Origin: Diplonema japonicum
Lineage: Eukaryota; Protista; Euglenozoa: Diplonemea
DNA length: 64,000 bases
Direction of reading: 5' to 3'
NCBI GenBank assembly: GCA_964019335.1
Contig: OZ025650.1
Location: 930,001 to 994,000, forward strand
Shown here: positions 20,317 to 32,563 of the stretch, one piece after another
Layout of the letters: every line of letters begins with the position of its first letter
How positions within the stretch are numbered: position 1 is the first letter of the stretch
The notes under the pieces: generated by a model
The model's input: the letters and a program-made list of their open reading frames with translations, nothing else
Told to the model about the DNA's origin: nothing
The model's database searches: none
Position numbers and translations under genes: made by a program

Positions 20317-23300
20317 ATGCTGCTCACCTTGTCTGTGCTGTGTGCGGTGTGGTACGTGCCCATCTGCCCCCGAAGTAGGTCAAACGTTGCAGTCATCACT
20401 TATGCACAAGACGGAGCACCGTGCAGCGAACGGAAAATATGTCAAAACAGCTTCTTGGAAGGCGATCTGGGACGCCGCTGCTGGAAAAACCCCGACGATT
20501 CTCATGGAAGCATGTACTGCCAAAAACAAGGTACACGTGGAGAAGGAGAAACTTGCTGGCAATACCCATCTTTCTCAGATACTATCCCTGCTAACGGTGG
20601 ACAATGCCGGCAAGGGCTGTATTGCTGGGTGCAAAACTCTATCGCTGCTGGTGCTAACGGAAGCGTCGCAAGCAATAGCGGACGGGGATATTGCCTCAAC
20701 CAGCTGCCGCAAGGGGCATCGTGCACCCATAGCGAAGCCTGTGTCGGTTGGTGCAGGGAGCTAGCACCTGGGATCAGTGTCTGCACAGAGCCATACTCAA
20801 AGGGGGAACCGTGTACTACAAACGAAGGCTGCTTGTCTAAAAGGTGTTACGAAGGTACCTGTATCGAGATAAGCACGATGGGTGGTCTTTGCGACAGGCT
20901 GCACAGATGTGACTACTCACTTGACTGCATCAACTCAAAGTGTGGCTACCACGCGGCAGGTGCTTCGTGCAACCCTTCGATCCCACCTTATGGGGGCTGT
21001 GTAGCGCACCACTACTGCAATGGGAACCTCACGAGGCCTATTTGCACAAAGATTATGACCGCGTGCAATATCTACTTCAACTCGTGCGAAGACGGAAGTG
21101 GTTGTGATGGCGGAAGGTGCGTTCCTCTGCACAGCAACGGAATCAACCAAGCTGCAAGCCATGTAAAATTCTGCAATACTGGGCTCTTCCTCGACACCAG
21201 TACTTCTGTTCCCTTCTGTACTGACAGCAAGTCGTGCACGACAGATGCAGAATGCGAACTCGACGCTCCACATCAGCTTGCTTACTGCAGCTGTGAAGGT
21301 AGTGGTACTGGACAGTGCGCTGTTGCAGCGGGTTCTCTCAATTGCAGTGACATGGCGTCAGCTCTGTGTTGCTCCGTCGCACACCCACCTTCCTACTGCC
21401 CCGAACTGTTCAAGTATGCTACGTCTATCTTTGGCGAAGAGCTCCTTGCAACGAGTGAAGCATCGGCCACATGGTGCAATGAGAGGTGCTCGATCACAGC
21501 TAGCTGTGTGGCATGGTCATTCAACACAGCACACAAGACATGCTCTCTTCGGCGCACGCCGTATCACTTCATCTCTACCACGGAAACTCGGTACAACGTG
21601 GCGTCTGATGTGCTGCCCCACTGCACTGACGGCAGTGCCTATGACTTCACTATTCCAGGGATGCACGCTTACTGCCCGGTGCTAGCTGTAACCAATACAA
21701 AAACAGGCCTGATGGAAGTTCCAATTGTTCCTGCACACCCGTCTTTGCCTTACATGCTGAGGAGACATTATAACGGGAATGTCAGGTGGTATTGCCAAGA
21801 GCTAAACCTTGAAGCAGAAGGTTGGGCCACTTCGCTTACTGGGGAAGTGCTGTGGGTGCCAGAGGGTTCGCTCCGAGAAGGCGGGACGTACACCTTTGGC
21901 ATAAAGAACGAGAGCGGATCATCTCTTGCAACTGTGCATCTGCATGTTTCGCAAATTGCAGCAATCGCTGTCACTACAAACATGACACACGTGCGGTTTT
22001 GCAATGCACTAGACCCAGAGTACCGAGTGTATGTGAGGGATGTGCTCGTGATAGTAAGCGATGTGTGTGTCTACTCACTAGGGACTGATGAGGTATTGCT
22101 GTGCGTAAGTGATGGGGTTGGCGGTGAGAGCTGTGCGTTGGCAACGGTCGCGCTCCCAGAACTACAAATTGACGACATGGACACCTCGCTGATCATGCTG
22201 GGAAGGAGATTTTTGCACAAAGGGTATGAAAACATCTCAATGGACGTGATGGTAGCAAGCGGCGAGGTAGACGACAGGGGCACGATACCTGCAGTCAGCA
22301 GCGACGCTATACTGTCCTTCGTGAAGTTCTTGAATGCTGTAAATTCAGAAAATGTTCTGCCAGCCGTGGTGAATATCCTAAATGACATGACAACACGTGT
22401 GCCGCAAGAAGTAGGTGTCTATGTAATGCAGATAGTTTCCAGAGCGAGTTCAGTAAGCGGGATTGCAGAAGTCGTTAGCCTGCTACGACTTGCACTACTG
22501 AGGCACAGCGACGACAGGCGTCCCACAAAGATTTACATGCCTGCAGGGAGCCTTTTTCTTCATCGCTCTCTTAACCCGTCTACCGATCTGTACATCACAG
22601 AGAACATCCCACATACCACTTTGGACTTCAACATCACACTTCCCATCGATGTGGCTGTGCTCGACACCGCTGATGGAATCTACGTATTCTTCTACAGCGC
22701 GGGAACAATAGAGCAATATCCGCTGCCAGATGAAGGGTTCCCCGTGCAGCTGGCACACATGCCGTTGCCAAGCCCTTTGGAACACCCAAGCCTCAGCATC
22801 TCGGGCCTTGTAGTGCTTCTGACGCTTGCTGACGGAATAGACTTGTCGGAAGCAATGGATAGAGTGGCTGTAGGCATCAACATTAACAGGACCCTATTGC
22901 ACATCGTGGACGAAAACGGACCGCAGGCGCTGCTGTACAGCGAAGACCGCAGCATCGCACGTGCCAATAGCAGCGAAGCGTACACTGTCACCGTTGATGA
23001 TTACCAAGAACACTATCCCTGTCCGTGGCCTGAAAGGGAGATCACGCAGAACATCCAATGCATCCGTGATTCAACGCAACTAGGATGCAAAACGAAAGTG
23101 CGACATCTTAAAGCTGTGCAGACAGGTGAGAAGAGGACAGAGTACATATGCCTTTGCAGATACGTAAACGATCACCCTGTGAGCCTGCAGTTCATGCCAG
23201 CACTGCGAGTCCGCGATGGTGGTATCGAACATTTTTTATCACAGAAAAGGGTACACACCACTATGTATCCTGTTGTGATTGTTTTTGTGTGTTTTGCAGT

Positions 23301-26049
23301 TGCAGCAGGGTTTTTTGGGGCGGCTATCAGATGGGAAAAGAAACTGGAAAGTAAAGCAAAACAAAACTACTGGGTTAAGGAGCGCATGCAGGCGCGTGTG
23401 CCAGCGAGGGGGGTACACAGTACTGACAGATCTCTATCGCAGATAGGGATTGACTTGTGGTCATTAAACTATGAGCTTGTGAGTGCAGCCGAGTCAGACA
23501 TCAAAGCATGGCGCAATGTACAGAAGATGTGGTGGACTGTGGCCATGGGTATGGCCCATGCGTGGCTGTACTTGGCGTCGGCACGACCTGGATACCGGCT
23601 GCATCAAAGAGTACTCGTAGTTTTTGTTTGTTGCAGCTATGTCACGTACATATGCAGCAGCGTCATCGATACGTGCGATGACTACCTCAGCTCGCAGGAC
23701 ATTTTCGTTGAGCACGTGTGGACCGTCAGCATGCTGTGCATCCCGGGGTCCTTCGTGTTCGTCATGTTGTGTAGCATGTTTTCCTCGTCGCCGTTGTCAT
23801 TGGTGTCTCTGAAAGCTTTTAATACACCACCTACAAAGAGGGTTGCTGATGCTATCGGGCCCATTGAGACAGAGCAGATCGAGTCTGTGAGGATGGACTT
23901 GGTGCTTCGTCCTGAGGAATTAGCGAGAATTGCCCACCACGAAGTCACATCTAGAAGAATACATACAGGAATATCAGTGTTGCTCATGGAAGAGCTCAGA
24001 AGCAACGATGCAGGCAAGCTGATTGGGCTGTGTGATGTTGACTTCGACCATGCCATCAAGACAGCGAAGCAGTCGTGGTTGGACAGAAGGGAGGGCTTCG
24101 TGAACTGGTATGCACGTGAAGAGGACAACGTGTTGTGGGTGGCGGGGCTCAAGGCACTAGCGACTCACGACTTCCAGCTGGCGGGAGCACTGTTCCACTT
24201 GTCGCTATTGTCTGACAACCCCGACTTGTACATTGTCTTCAACAACAACATGCCACCAGGGGACACGAGGGGTATTGTGGATGCTGTTGTGCGGCGCAAT
24301 GTAATCGGCAGGCTGTGGACGGAGTACTATGCGAGTACCTTGTTGAAGATGAGTAGGGACCAGATATACAAATGTTTGTTGCAGAGTTCCATCACCACGG
24401 ACGAGCTGATGGTTCTCATTGGAGGGGATCTTGACGACATGCTTTTCGAGGCACAGGGCAGTAGGGCAAGCATGATGTGCAACGGTGAGGTATGGAGCTG
24501 GCAAGATGGCATTCGATCTCTCCGAGACGACCCTCGCGGGCCGCAGGTTGTCGAGGCAGCACAGACATTCTGTTGGGCTCCGCAAGAACTCTGCAGCTAC
24601 ACGATGCTGAATAGCACTGTTATCACAGGGCCCGTCGACACCACGACACAAGCTTTCACACAAGGTGAGGGTGAGGCACCCTTCAAACCGCGTCACCTAG
24701 TCTACGGTAGGCTCATGGTGAGGTACTACTGCTGTGTGCTGTCGGGGCTCCCTGGCGTGCCCCCCACAGCTGATCGTTTGACTCCACAGGAGTGGGTCGA
24801 CTGGACGATAGAAGAAGAAGCATCGAAGCTTACAGCCACACAGTTACCCACCCTTCCTGCTCATAATATGCCCTTTCGGCTCTCGGAACCTAAGGAGCGT
24901 CTTATTCCCAATATCTATCTCACGTATCTTTTGAACTGGAAACTTGCAGCTTTTAGTCAGGAGGTCGGGACTTTCTGCGTGGTGTCCCCTTTGGAGCACA
25001 TAAAAAACCCTTTCGACCCCATTACGCGCGTGAATGAGATATGGAAGGAGCAGCAGACAGGGTCAAAAATTGCACCCTTTGTAGGACTCGAACGATGCCT
25101 GAAACACCTGAGGGAGAACAGCAAGGTGTTTCTGAAGGGTGGGGTATATCCTTCGTGCAAGATATCGCGGCTGTGCGGGAGCTATTACTTCCCTGTGACA
25201 TTTTACGGTGAGGGGGACGTGTGGTTTGTGTCGAGGGATCTGGCAAGGAGGTGTGCCGTGCATCTAGATGGGTGCAAGTACTTGCAATGGAATGGTGTGG
25301 GGTTTAGTAATGCAATGTATGGTGTAGATGCTGCCAGCAGCTACTCTATTGTGTTCACGAACTGCTTGTTCAAGAGGATCCACCAGCCAGTGAACATGTG
25401 CTCCAACGACGTGCGAAACAAGTGTTTAGATGCTTCTTGCGAAGTAGTGGAATCGGGCCTCGGCCCGACCCCTTTTAAGTTCCGCATGACAATGTCTTTG
25501 GGGTTCGTCACCTACGTTTCAGCTTTCCTTCTTGCTGCATTGTTTTTCTCATTCACCCTTTACTACACCTTCTCTATGTCAGAGCGTCACACTGTAGCCT
25601 GGCTCTTACTTTCTTTGTTCTGCGTGGTGCAGGATTTTGTAGTCAATCAGCCCGTTTTTGTCTTCATGTACCTGATTTGGAGGAGGGTTTTTGCTAAACT
25701 CACGAAACGCAGCGGTGCCAAACTCAAACAGGCAATTTCCTCTGTCGTGGCAGCTAACAGGATGCACGAAGCAGGACGACACCACCCGCAGACCGCTCCC
25801 AATGCAGATGTCATGCCTCAGCCACAACAGCAAGAAGAGCACTTAGACGGATTGGCCTATTCCGACCAGGGTACCGAACCTGTGTCAGAGTCCCCTCAAA
25901 GTCCAAAAAGTGAACCTTCGCAAAGCGAACCGCTCCAGGGAGAAGGGCCTGAGTTCGTCTTGACCCCAAAGGCTCGCTCTTTGTCCCCTGACTCGGATAT
26001 CCCCCCCATTGTCGAAACCAGTCCACCCGTATTTATTTTAGATGCTTAA
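20317..26049 (+). CDS. Large PKD1/REJ-like membrane receptor with Cys-rich and PAN/Apple ectodomain
   Basis: Signal peptide, Cys repeats, PAN-like WCNERCSITASCVAWSFN, REJ-like LWVPEGSLREGGTYTF, GPS-like Cys segment, and PKD1-type TM motifs HAWL...HQRV and WLLLS...QDFVVNQP. Confidence 0.65.
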   Translation: MLLTLSVLCAVWYVPICPRSRSNVAVITYAQDGAPCSERKICQNSFLEGDLGRRCWKNPDDSHGSMYCQKQGTRGEGETCWQYPSFSDTIPANGGQCRQGLYCWVQNSIAAGANGSVASNSGRGYCLNQLPQGASCTHSEACVGWCRELAPGISVCTEPYSKGEPCTTNEGCLSKRCYEGTCIEISTMGGLCDRLHRCDYSLDCINSKCGYHAAGASCNPSIPPYGGCVAHHYCNGNLTRPICTKIMTACNIYFNSCEDGSGCDGGRCVPLHSNGINQAASHVKFCNTGLFLDTSTSVPFCTDSKSCTTDAECELDAPHQLAYCSCEGSGTGQCAVAAGSLNCSDMASALCCSVAHPPSYCPELFKYATSIFGEELLATSEASATWCNERCSITASCVAWSFNTAHKTCSLRRTPYHFISTTETRYNVASDVLPHCTDGSAYDFTIPGMHAYCPVLAVTNTKTGLMEVPIVPAHPSLPYMLRRHYNGNVRWYCQELNLEAEGWATSLTGEVLWVPEGSLREGGTYTFGIKNESGSSLATVHLHVSQIAAIAVTTNMTHVRFCNALDPEYRVYVRDVLVIVSDVCVYSLGTDEVLLCVSDGVGGESCALATVALPELQIDDMDTSLIMLGRRFLHKGYENISMDVMVASGEVDDRGTIPAVSSDAILSFVKFLNAVNSENVLPAVVNILNDMTTRVPQEVGVYVMQIVSRASSVSGIAEVVSLLRLALLRHSDDRRPTKIYMPAGSLFLHRSLNPSTDLYITENIPHTTLDFNITLPIDVAVLDTADGIYVFFYSAGTIEQYPLPDEGFPVQLAHMPLPSPLEHPSLSISGLVVLLTLADGIDLSEAMDRVAVGININRTLLHIVDENGPQALLYSEDRSIARANSSEAYTVTVDDYQEHYPCPWPEREITQNIQCIRDSTQLGCKTKVRHLKAVQTGEKRTEYICLCRYVNDHPVSLQFMPALRVRDGGIEHFLSQKRVHTTMYPVVIVFVCFAVAAGFFGAAIRWEKKLESKAKQNYWVKERMQARVPARGVHSTDRSLSQIGIDLWSLNYELVSAAESDIKAWRNVQKMWWTVAMGMAHAWLYLASARPGYRLHQRVLVVFVCCSYVTYICSSVIDTCDDYLSSQDIFVEHVWTVSMLCIPGSFVFVMLCSMFSSSPLSLVSLKAFNTPPTKRVADAIGPIETEQIESVRMDLVLRPEELARIAHHEVTSRRIHTGISVLLMEELRSNDAGKLIGLCDVDFDHAIKTAKQSWLDRREGFVNWYAREEDNVLWVAGLKALATHDFQLAGALFHLSLLSDNPDLYIVFNNNMPPGDTRGIVDAVVRRNVIGRLWTEYYASTLLKMSRDQIYKCLLQSSITTDELMVLIGGDLDDMLFEAQGSRASMMCNGEVWSWQDGIRSLRDDPRGPQVVEAAQTFCWAPQELCSYTMLNSTVITGPVDTTTQAFTQGEGEAPFKPRHLVYGRLMVRYYCCVLSGLPGVPPTADRLTPQEWVDWTIEEEASKLTATQLPTLPAHNMPFRLSEPKERLIPNIYLTYLLNWKLAAFSQEVGTFCVVSPLEHIKNPFDPITRVNEIWKEQQTGSKIAPFVGLERCLKHLRENSKVFLKGGVYPSCKISRLCGSYYFPVTFYGEGDVWFVSRDLARRCAVHLDGCKYLQWNGVGFSNAMYGVDAASSYSIVFTNCLFKRIHQPVNMCSNDVRNKCLDASCEVVESGLGPTPFKFRMTMSLGFVTYVSAFLLAALFFSFTLYYTFSMSERHTVAWLLLSLFCVVQDFVVNQPVFVFMYLIWRRVFAKLTKRSGAKLKQAISSVVAANRMHEAGRHHPQTAPNADVMPQPQQQEEHLDGLAYSDQGTEPVSESPQSPKSEPSQSEPLQGEGPEFVLTPKARSLSPDSDIPPIVETSPPVFILDA

Positions 26050-26140
26050 TGGTTTCCACCAAAAGCTCTTTGGGGTTGTGTGTGCACTAACCAACAAAAT
26101 CCATCTTATACTTTTCTAATTTGTTGCAAACTCCAACAGG

Positions 26141-27716
26141 ATGCTGCAAAGGTCACAATATGTTGTCGAGAGGAAGAGCCCGGAGAGCTTGTGCGCGGAG
26201 ATCATTCAAAAGACAGCAGGGCACCATGTTAGAATAAGCGAGTTCTTCGCCGTGCAGTGCGGGCGGCTGACAGAGGACGCATACTTCCCAATAGGGGCTG
26301 GGGATAACCCGCCTGCAACAACGACGGCACTAAGGCACAGACGATCAAAGAGGAAAGCTGTGTACATCGACACCAGTTCGTGTAGGTACAACGTAGTCAG
26401 GTGCGCGTCGGCGAAAGTGGGGTGGGAAGAATGTCATGAGACGGGGCCCGTGCATGTTGTGTGGGTGGACACCAGCCTGTCCGAGAACAGGATCAGCAAG
26501 TTGCCTCGTGGGGCACGGATTAACCACTTTCCTGGGATGACAACCATATGCAGGAAGGTGGACAGTGCGAGACTTCTTAACAAAATGAAAAGGCTCCATC
26601 CCGAGTCGTACAGGTTTGTCCCCAGCACCTTTTTCAACTACAACGACTTCCTGAGGACGAAAAAAGGGGTCGGGGGTGATAAGTGGTACATCGTGAAACC
26701 CGACTCCGGGTGCATGGGGAAAGGCATCAGGCTCACTCATGCGCCTAAGAAGGAGATGTTCGACAACGCGGTAGTGCAGAGCTACGTGGCGGACCCGCTA
26801 CTCATCGACGGCTGCAAGTGGGACATGAGAGTGTACGTGCTGGTGTTGTCGGTGGACCCCTTGAAGATGTACATTTATAAAGACGGGTTCATCAGGATGT
26901 GCACGGAGAAGTATCACGCACCGAATATGGCCAACGCAGAAAACACGTTGATCCACCTCACGAACTATGCAATCCACAAGAAGTCGAAGAAGTATAATTC
27001 AAACTGCAAGAGGAGTTTTGAACATCTGTTTCAGCACATAAGAGGTCTGGGGCATGATGCGGAAAAGCTGTGGGACTCGATTTCCGACTTGGCAGTGAAG
27101 ACACTGCTGTCGGTGAACGAGCAGTTGAAGTATTCATACAGGGCAGCCTTCCCAGGCGACGAGGACACGGGAGGGTCATGTTTTGAGATCTTAGGGTTCG
27201 ACGTGCTAGTGGACAAGCACATGCAGCCGTGGTTGCTAGAAGTGAACCATGCCCCGTCCTTCACATGCGACAGCGGGCTGGACTACATAGTGAAGGCAGG
27301 GTTGGTCGAGGAGACGATGGCGCTACTAGGTGTGGAGTTGGATGAAGAGAAATTCAAAGGCGTGCCAAGGACCCCAGAGATGAAGAAGGAGCTGTTGAGG
27401 AAGTTCGCAAAGCGAAAAGAAGAATACGAGGCTGCTGTGGTTAAGAAGTTTAGCGTGATCTACCCCTCGAGGAGTGAAACGCGGGACATCGAATACGACA
27501 GGGTATGCAGTACATTGTTGTTAATTAAATTGCTAACCACAGCTCCTCAGCACCATCCGAGAGCTTGCGCCACCCCCCGAAGCCTCTCTCGTCTCGCCTA
27601 GTCTCCATCTAGGATTACGACGCACTCATCCTTCCCTCCGCCCCCCTACAGAGCAACACCGCAACCTGACTCAAAGGCGCGCCCTCTGTCCTCCTCCTAA
27701 ACTGCTGAGATATTAA
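26141..27716 (+). CDS. Tubulin-tyrosine-ligase-like polyglutamylase (TTLL6/13-like); exons 26141-27502, 27543-27716
   Basis: INHFPGM, YIVKPDSGCMGKGI, KWDMRVYVL, HLTNYAI, CFEILGFD and WLLEVNHAPSF motifs; 40-nt intron with GCTAAC branch point. Confidence 0.92.
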
Positions 27717-28237
27717 ATGAATAGTAGTAGTTAGCAGTCGCTCTTTGATTTTTAATTGTGTTAAATGAACGAATTGAAAGAAAAAGAACTTGTCTTCTCC
27801 ATCCCTGCTGTCTCCTGTTCGGCAGCTACTGTCGGCATAAATTGTTGATTTTGCTCCTCCTACTCTGTTGTGAAACCTCTTTATAAAAAACAAAACAAAC
27901 AAAAAAAAAAAAAAAAAAACATAAAGAAAAGTTTAAAAATAAAGTAAATCCCTTTATCTGTGTGCCGTGCAGGAAGAAAGTTGTCAAGGAAAAAGTTTTC
28001 ACCTCTCAAGATGGGAGCTGTGTATAGTCCTGCTGCCCCCCCCCCCCCCCCCCCCTAGTTTTTTTTGGTAGGGCTGGCCGGATTATCACCTTCCCTCCCC
28101 CGTTCGCTGTTCGCCTCGGGGGTATGTATTTCTGTATTGTTTTTATGTGTATACGTTAGTCTATTTCTGTTATTCTCTTTCTCTTTCTGTTCCATGACTT
28201 CATTTTTATAATTTTTATATGTCTAATTTGCTCAGGC

Positions 28238-28630
28238 ATGTCGCAAAGGAAGAAACCGGCTGTGTATACCCCGTCAACTGAGCTGCTGGACAAATACTAC
28301 GCAGTGAGGACACGACAGCTTAAGGAGCGCAGTGACCTCGAAGTCGAGCTGTGGAGTAACTATGTAACTACCAAGGACACGTACGCAGCAGAGTTGAATC
28401 CCTACTGTCAGTTGAAGACACCCAGGCCAGATTTCAGCCTTTCGATGGGGGTCTATGACGATGATGACACTGAGGAGAGTGAGTCCCAAGAGGAGGAAGA
28501 AGAGAGTCATGAAATGGACACCGACATGGGGCTTGGTTTAGACATCAAGCTGCCAGAGAGACAAATGGAGAGTGAGGATGAGGAGCCCCCCCTCCCCCCC
28601 CCTCCGTCTACTTGGTCAGAGGATCTGTAA
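28238..28630 (+). CDS. Small protein with acidic tail (weakly APC15-like)
   Basis: 130-aa ATG ORF after a pyrimidine tract and CAG; D/E-rich C-terminus. Confidence 0.6.
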   Translation: MSQRKKPAVYTPSTELLDKYYAVRTRQLKERSDLEVELWSNYVTTKDTYAAELNPYCQLKTPRPDFSLSMGVYDDDDTEESESQEEEEESHEMDTDMGLGLDIKLPERQMESEDEEPPLPPPPSTWSEDL

Positions 28631-28908
28631 TCTAGCTGTGATAGATACTGTTGTGCAGAATTTCATTTGTAGTTGTTGTTGCTAGCCTTCTCATATCTCA
28701 AAAACTTTTGAAGAAGCAAAATCAGTGGGGTTCTGAGGGGTTAGAATTTTCGAAAAAAAGCTTGCTTGAGACCTTTGTAAGCAGATTATCCGTATTGCAC
28801 GGATTGTCCTTGCAAGGTCGGTGGTTCCCCATTTGAATTTTATACTTCAGAGATATGAAGGGGAATTAATAAAGAGGGCGGCGCAGATACCACGTCCATG
28901 TCATTAAA

Positions 28909-30690
28909 ATGAAGAAGATCGTTGCCCTGCTAGCGGGTGTTGGGCTGCTGCAATGCCTCTACTACGTAATATGGGTGCAGGAGGTCCTTCCCACGGGGAG
29001 TAATGGGGTTGTTGCAACTGCCGTACCCCAAAAACAGCTCCCAACACCTCTGCCCACGGAAGGCAATGTGGCCGATGATGGGAAACACATTAGAATCACA
29101 CCGCGCTGTACGGCATTGGACCCTTACTCTTCAAAAGGTCCCTCGGGACCAGAGCCTACTCCTTGCTTTGTAGATAAGTCGCTCGCAATGACGCGTTCTT
29201 CATTCCGTGCCTTAGTCCGCGGCAACTCAATACGGAGGTGTAACACGGAAGAAAACCCGCAGTATAGCCTCAAGGGGCCCACAGAGGTTCTCCGTGCCCA
29301 AACTCTCCATTACCTTTCCACTGACCGTGTGAAAGCGGAATACCTTACTCGGCACATATGCTCATGGGATGCAAAGGGAGAGTGGGCGGAAGGAAAGCAG
29401 CAACTGAATAGCTTGTTGAATACAGCACATAAATGCACGCTGCGTGACGAAGCTAACATACGGCAAGAAAAGGGATACGATAGTTACCCCTGGTTTGACA
29501 ACATGACTCATGCTGTGCTGCAAGGGGAAAAAGGAAACCTCAAAGGGCTGGGGAAGACCATCTACTACAGAAACGACAAACCGAAGGGTACATGGGTGGG
29601 ACTGAAGGATGTGTGTATGTCATGCGAGGCAAAGCGTGACCCGTGGATGGATCACCGCAAGGAGTGCTTCACCACACTGTGGAGTGTCGGTGAAGAAGCG
29701 AAAGAGCTGGCAGCAAAGCACAGGAAGGGCAGGCATAGTATTTACAAAGAACGCCAAGCAGCTTTCCAGTATGGTGGCACTGTTACGGATTTGGCAACAC
29801 CCATCACGCTTTATAGGGGAACTATAGTGTACCTTGCTTCCTACTCGCAGGCAAACATTGGGCACGCCCTGCATGATGCCCTGTACGGGTTCGTTTCAGT
29901 GCTGTCGTCACTGCAGGGTGTAAGGAATGCTTTCCACGCACCCACCCCTGTGACTGTAGTTGTAGAAAATGATTTCTTCAGAAACAGCATGCGGTACTAC
30001 AGCGTTCTGGCCATGGTGCACCAGCTTGCCATCTTCAACGGGATGCCGCCGAACGTGTTCAGACACGCCAGCGTGGGGCTGTCGTGCTTCTCGTCAATCA
30101 TCTTCACTGGCGGGGACAGGGAGTTACGGGGGTCCGGGGTGAATGGGGGCGGCATGCTTGACGTGGTGCGAAGCTTCAGGAAGTCTGTTTATGGACATCT
30201 GGGGCCATTTGGGGCGAGGGTGGGGCGTGTGAAGGTAGCTATGTACGGGCGGCTGGAGGTGTACAGAAGGGCTGTGTTGAACTTTGGTGATTTCGTAGAA
30301 AAAATGAGGGAAAAGGTGGATGTAGTCGTGGTGCCCAACATGAACTTGCACCCGCTGGAACAGGCCGAGCTGTTTAGTGACATCGACGTGCTGCTCACAA
30401 TGCAAGGCGCGCATATGCAGAACTCCATCTTCATGCCACCCTGTGCCGCTGTGATTGAGATAAGTCCTTGTCTGGCACGGCGGACTTCATTCCTCAAGAG
30501 GTACGGTGCCATGCTCCCGTACCACAACCACGTCCAGATGGAGGTCTGTTTCCCATCTCTCAACATAGGTGGTGACAAGTACGGGCAGAACCTCACGTTA
30601 TGCGAACACCACATGCAAACACTCCTGCAGTACACACTCAAAGAGATAGAGCGCATACAGAAATGCCGTAAGCAACACGAAGGGAACTAA
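28909..30690 (+). CDS. Glycosyltransferase family 61-like type II membrane protein
   Basis: N-terminal TM, NIGHALHD, and EQAELFSDIDVLLTMQGAHMQNSIFMPPCAAVIEI. Confidence 0.8.
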   Translation: MKKIVALLAGVGLLQCLYYVIWVQEVLPTGSNGVVATAVPQKQLPTPLPTEGNVADDGKHIRITPRCTALDPYSSKGPSGPEPTPCFVDKSLAMTRSSFRALVRGNSIRRCNTEENPQYSLKGPTEVLRAQTLHYLSTDRVKAEYLTRHICSWDAKGEWAEGKQQLNSLLNTAHKCTLRDEANIRQEKGYDSYPWFDNMTHAVLQGEKGNLKGLGKTIYYRNDKPKGTWVGLKDVCMSCEAKRDPWMDHRKECFTTLWSVGEEAKELAAKHRKGRHSIYKERQAAFQYGGTVTDLATPITLYRGTIVYLASYSQANIGHALHDALYGFVSVLSSLQGVRNAFHAPTPVTVVVENDFFRNSMRYYSVLAMVHQLAIFNGMPPNVFRHASVGLSCFSSIIFTGGDRELRGSGVNGGGMLDVVRSFRKSVYGHLGPFGARVGRVKVAMYGRLEVYRRAVLNFGDFVEKMREKVDVVVVPNMNLHPLEQAELFSDIDVLLTMQGAHMQNSIFMPPCAAVIEISPCLARRTSFLKRYGAMLPYHNHVQMEVCFPSLNIGGDKYGQNLTLCEHHMQTLLQYTLKEIERIQKCRKQHEGN

Positions 30691-30763
30691 ATTAACAGTT
30701 TTTCACGCGCAATCATTTTTGTTACTAGAATTCCACAAAGGTTAGAGAAAAAAAAAAAAAGAA

Positions 30764-31831
30764 ATGCCGGCACGACAGAAGAGAAAGGAGGAGCAGGCTG
30801 AGGTGCAGCAGAAGAAGAAGCAGAAGGAAGAAGAAGAAGTAGAGCAGCAGACAGGAGAGGAGGAGGAAGAAGGGGGTCCTATCCCTATCCAGTTCCTTGA
30901 GAACCAAGGGGGTCTGAAGGCGTCCGACATCAAGCTTCTTATGGACAACGCGTTTTTCACGGTTGAAAGCGTGGCGTACGCCCCGAGAAAGCGGCTGACG
31001 CAGATCAAGGGGCTATCTGACGCCAAGGTGGACAGAATTAAGGCAGAAGTGGACAAGATCATCCCTCTTGGGTTCTGCACCGCGACGGAGTACCATGAGG
31101 CGAGGAAGAACATCCTGTCCATCACGACAGGGAGCAGAGAGCTCGATAAGTTGCTCGGCGGTGGGTTCGAAACAGGGTCCATCACAGAAATCTTCGGGGA
31201 GTTCCGAACAGGGAAGACACAACTGTGTCATACTTTATGTGTGACATGCCAGCTACCAATTGAGAAGAGCGGTGGTGAGGGGCGAGCACTTTACATCGAC
31301 ACGGAAGGAACTTTCAGGCCGCAGAGATTGAGGGACATCGCGAAACGGTATGAATTGGACCCCGATGATGTGCTGGACAACATTGCATATGGGAAGGCAC
31401 ACAACACCGACCACCAGAACCAGTTGCTCATCCAAGCTGCAGCGATGATGTCTGAGAACAGGTACGCGCTCATAGTAGTCGACTCGGCGACGGCGCTGTA
31501 CAGAACGGACTACACAGGACGAGGTGAGCTTGCGGCTAGGCAGCAGCACCTTGGGCAGTTCCTCCGCGCCCTTACGAATCTCGCGGAAGAGTACGGCATT
31601 GCGGTTGTCATCACTAACCAGGTTGTCGCCACCCCCGACGCCATGCCTGGCACCTCTGCTCTCAAGCCCATCGGTGGCAACATCATGGCCCACGCATCAA
31701 CCACCCGTCTCTACCTTCGAAAAGGCGCGCGAGAGAATCGTCTCTGCAAGATCTTCGACTCGCCATCTCTCCCTGAAGGCGAGGCCCCCTTCGCGATCTT
31801 CGAAGATGGAATCGGGGACTCTCGGGACTAG
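30764..31831 (+). CDS. RAD51: DNA recombinase RAD51
   Basis: [45 protein letters not shown] and [13 protein letters not shown] motifs. Confidence 0.97.
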   Translation: MPARQKRKEEQAEVQQKKKQKEEEEVEQQTGEEEEEGGPIPIQFLENQGGLKASDIKLLMDNAFFTVESVAYAPRKRLTQIKGLSDAKVDRIKAEVDKIIPLGFCTATEYHEARKNILSITTGSRELDKLLGGGFETGSITEIFGEFRTGKTQLCHTLCVTCQLPIEKSGGEGRALYIDTEGTFRPQRLRDIAKRYELDPDDVLDNIAYGKAHNTDHQNQLLIQAAAMMSENRYALIVVDSATALYRTDYTGRGELAARQQHLGQFLRALTNLAEEYGIAVVITNQVVATPDAMPGTSALKPIGGNIMAHASTTRLYLRKGARENRLCKIFDSPSLPEGEAPFAIFEDGIGDSRD

Positions 31832-32563
31832 AGAAGTGAGAGGAATCCATAATATTAACAGACACCTTCTATCCCCCTTCTTGTTTTATTTTTGTTCTTC
31901 TGCTAGTGGACCGAGAAATACAAAAGGGTTCCATTTCTTGTATTGTAGCCGTTTGGAGGGCCCTTGCTCTACCTCCCTTTCGTTTCTTTTTATGTTTATC
32001 CCATATTCTCCTTTGTTCTTTCGTTCTTAAAATCAGAACAGAGGTTAAGGGGTAAGGAGAGGGAAAAGGGGTGTCCAAAGATGTTTTTATCCCTCCTCTT
32101 ATTTTAAGTTTTCCCAATTTCAGCTTTCTTAAAATATGAGGAGAGATAAAAGCTATCGTTGTGAACGGAATTTAAAAAAAAAAGAGACTTTGAATCAAGC
32201 ACCATGTTGGCGTGCAGCAACGAGTACAATAAACCACAACTAGAATGGAGAAATAAAATGGTAAAAAGAGGGGCCCTTCCTCTCTACCACCACCGATTTT
32301 TTTCTGTTTAGAGTCTCTCTCGTTTATTTTTTTTGAAGGAAAGGGCAAACGAAAGTTCAAGAAGTAAATACAAATGAAACAGTCTTCTCCCTAAAAGTTA
32401 GCTTCTCCCTTTCATCCTTCCCCCTCATTGCACCCGTACCCTGTCAACCCAGTCCCCCTTTTATCCACACCCCCTTTTTCTTGCTAATTCAATATTTACA
32501 AGTGATGGTACTTACCACGCACAGCAGAAGGATCGAGAGAACTCAGCAATATGTGCCAGTAGG

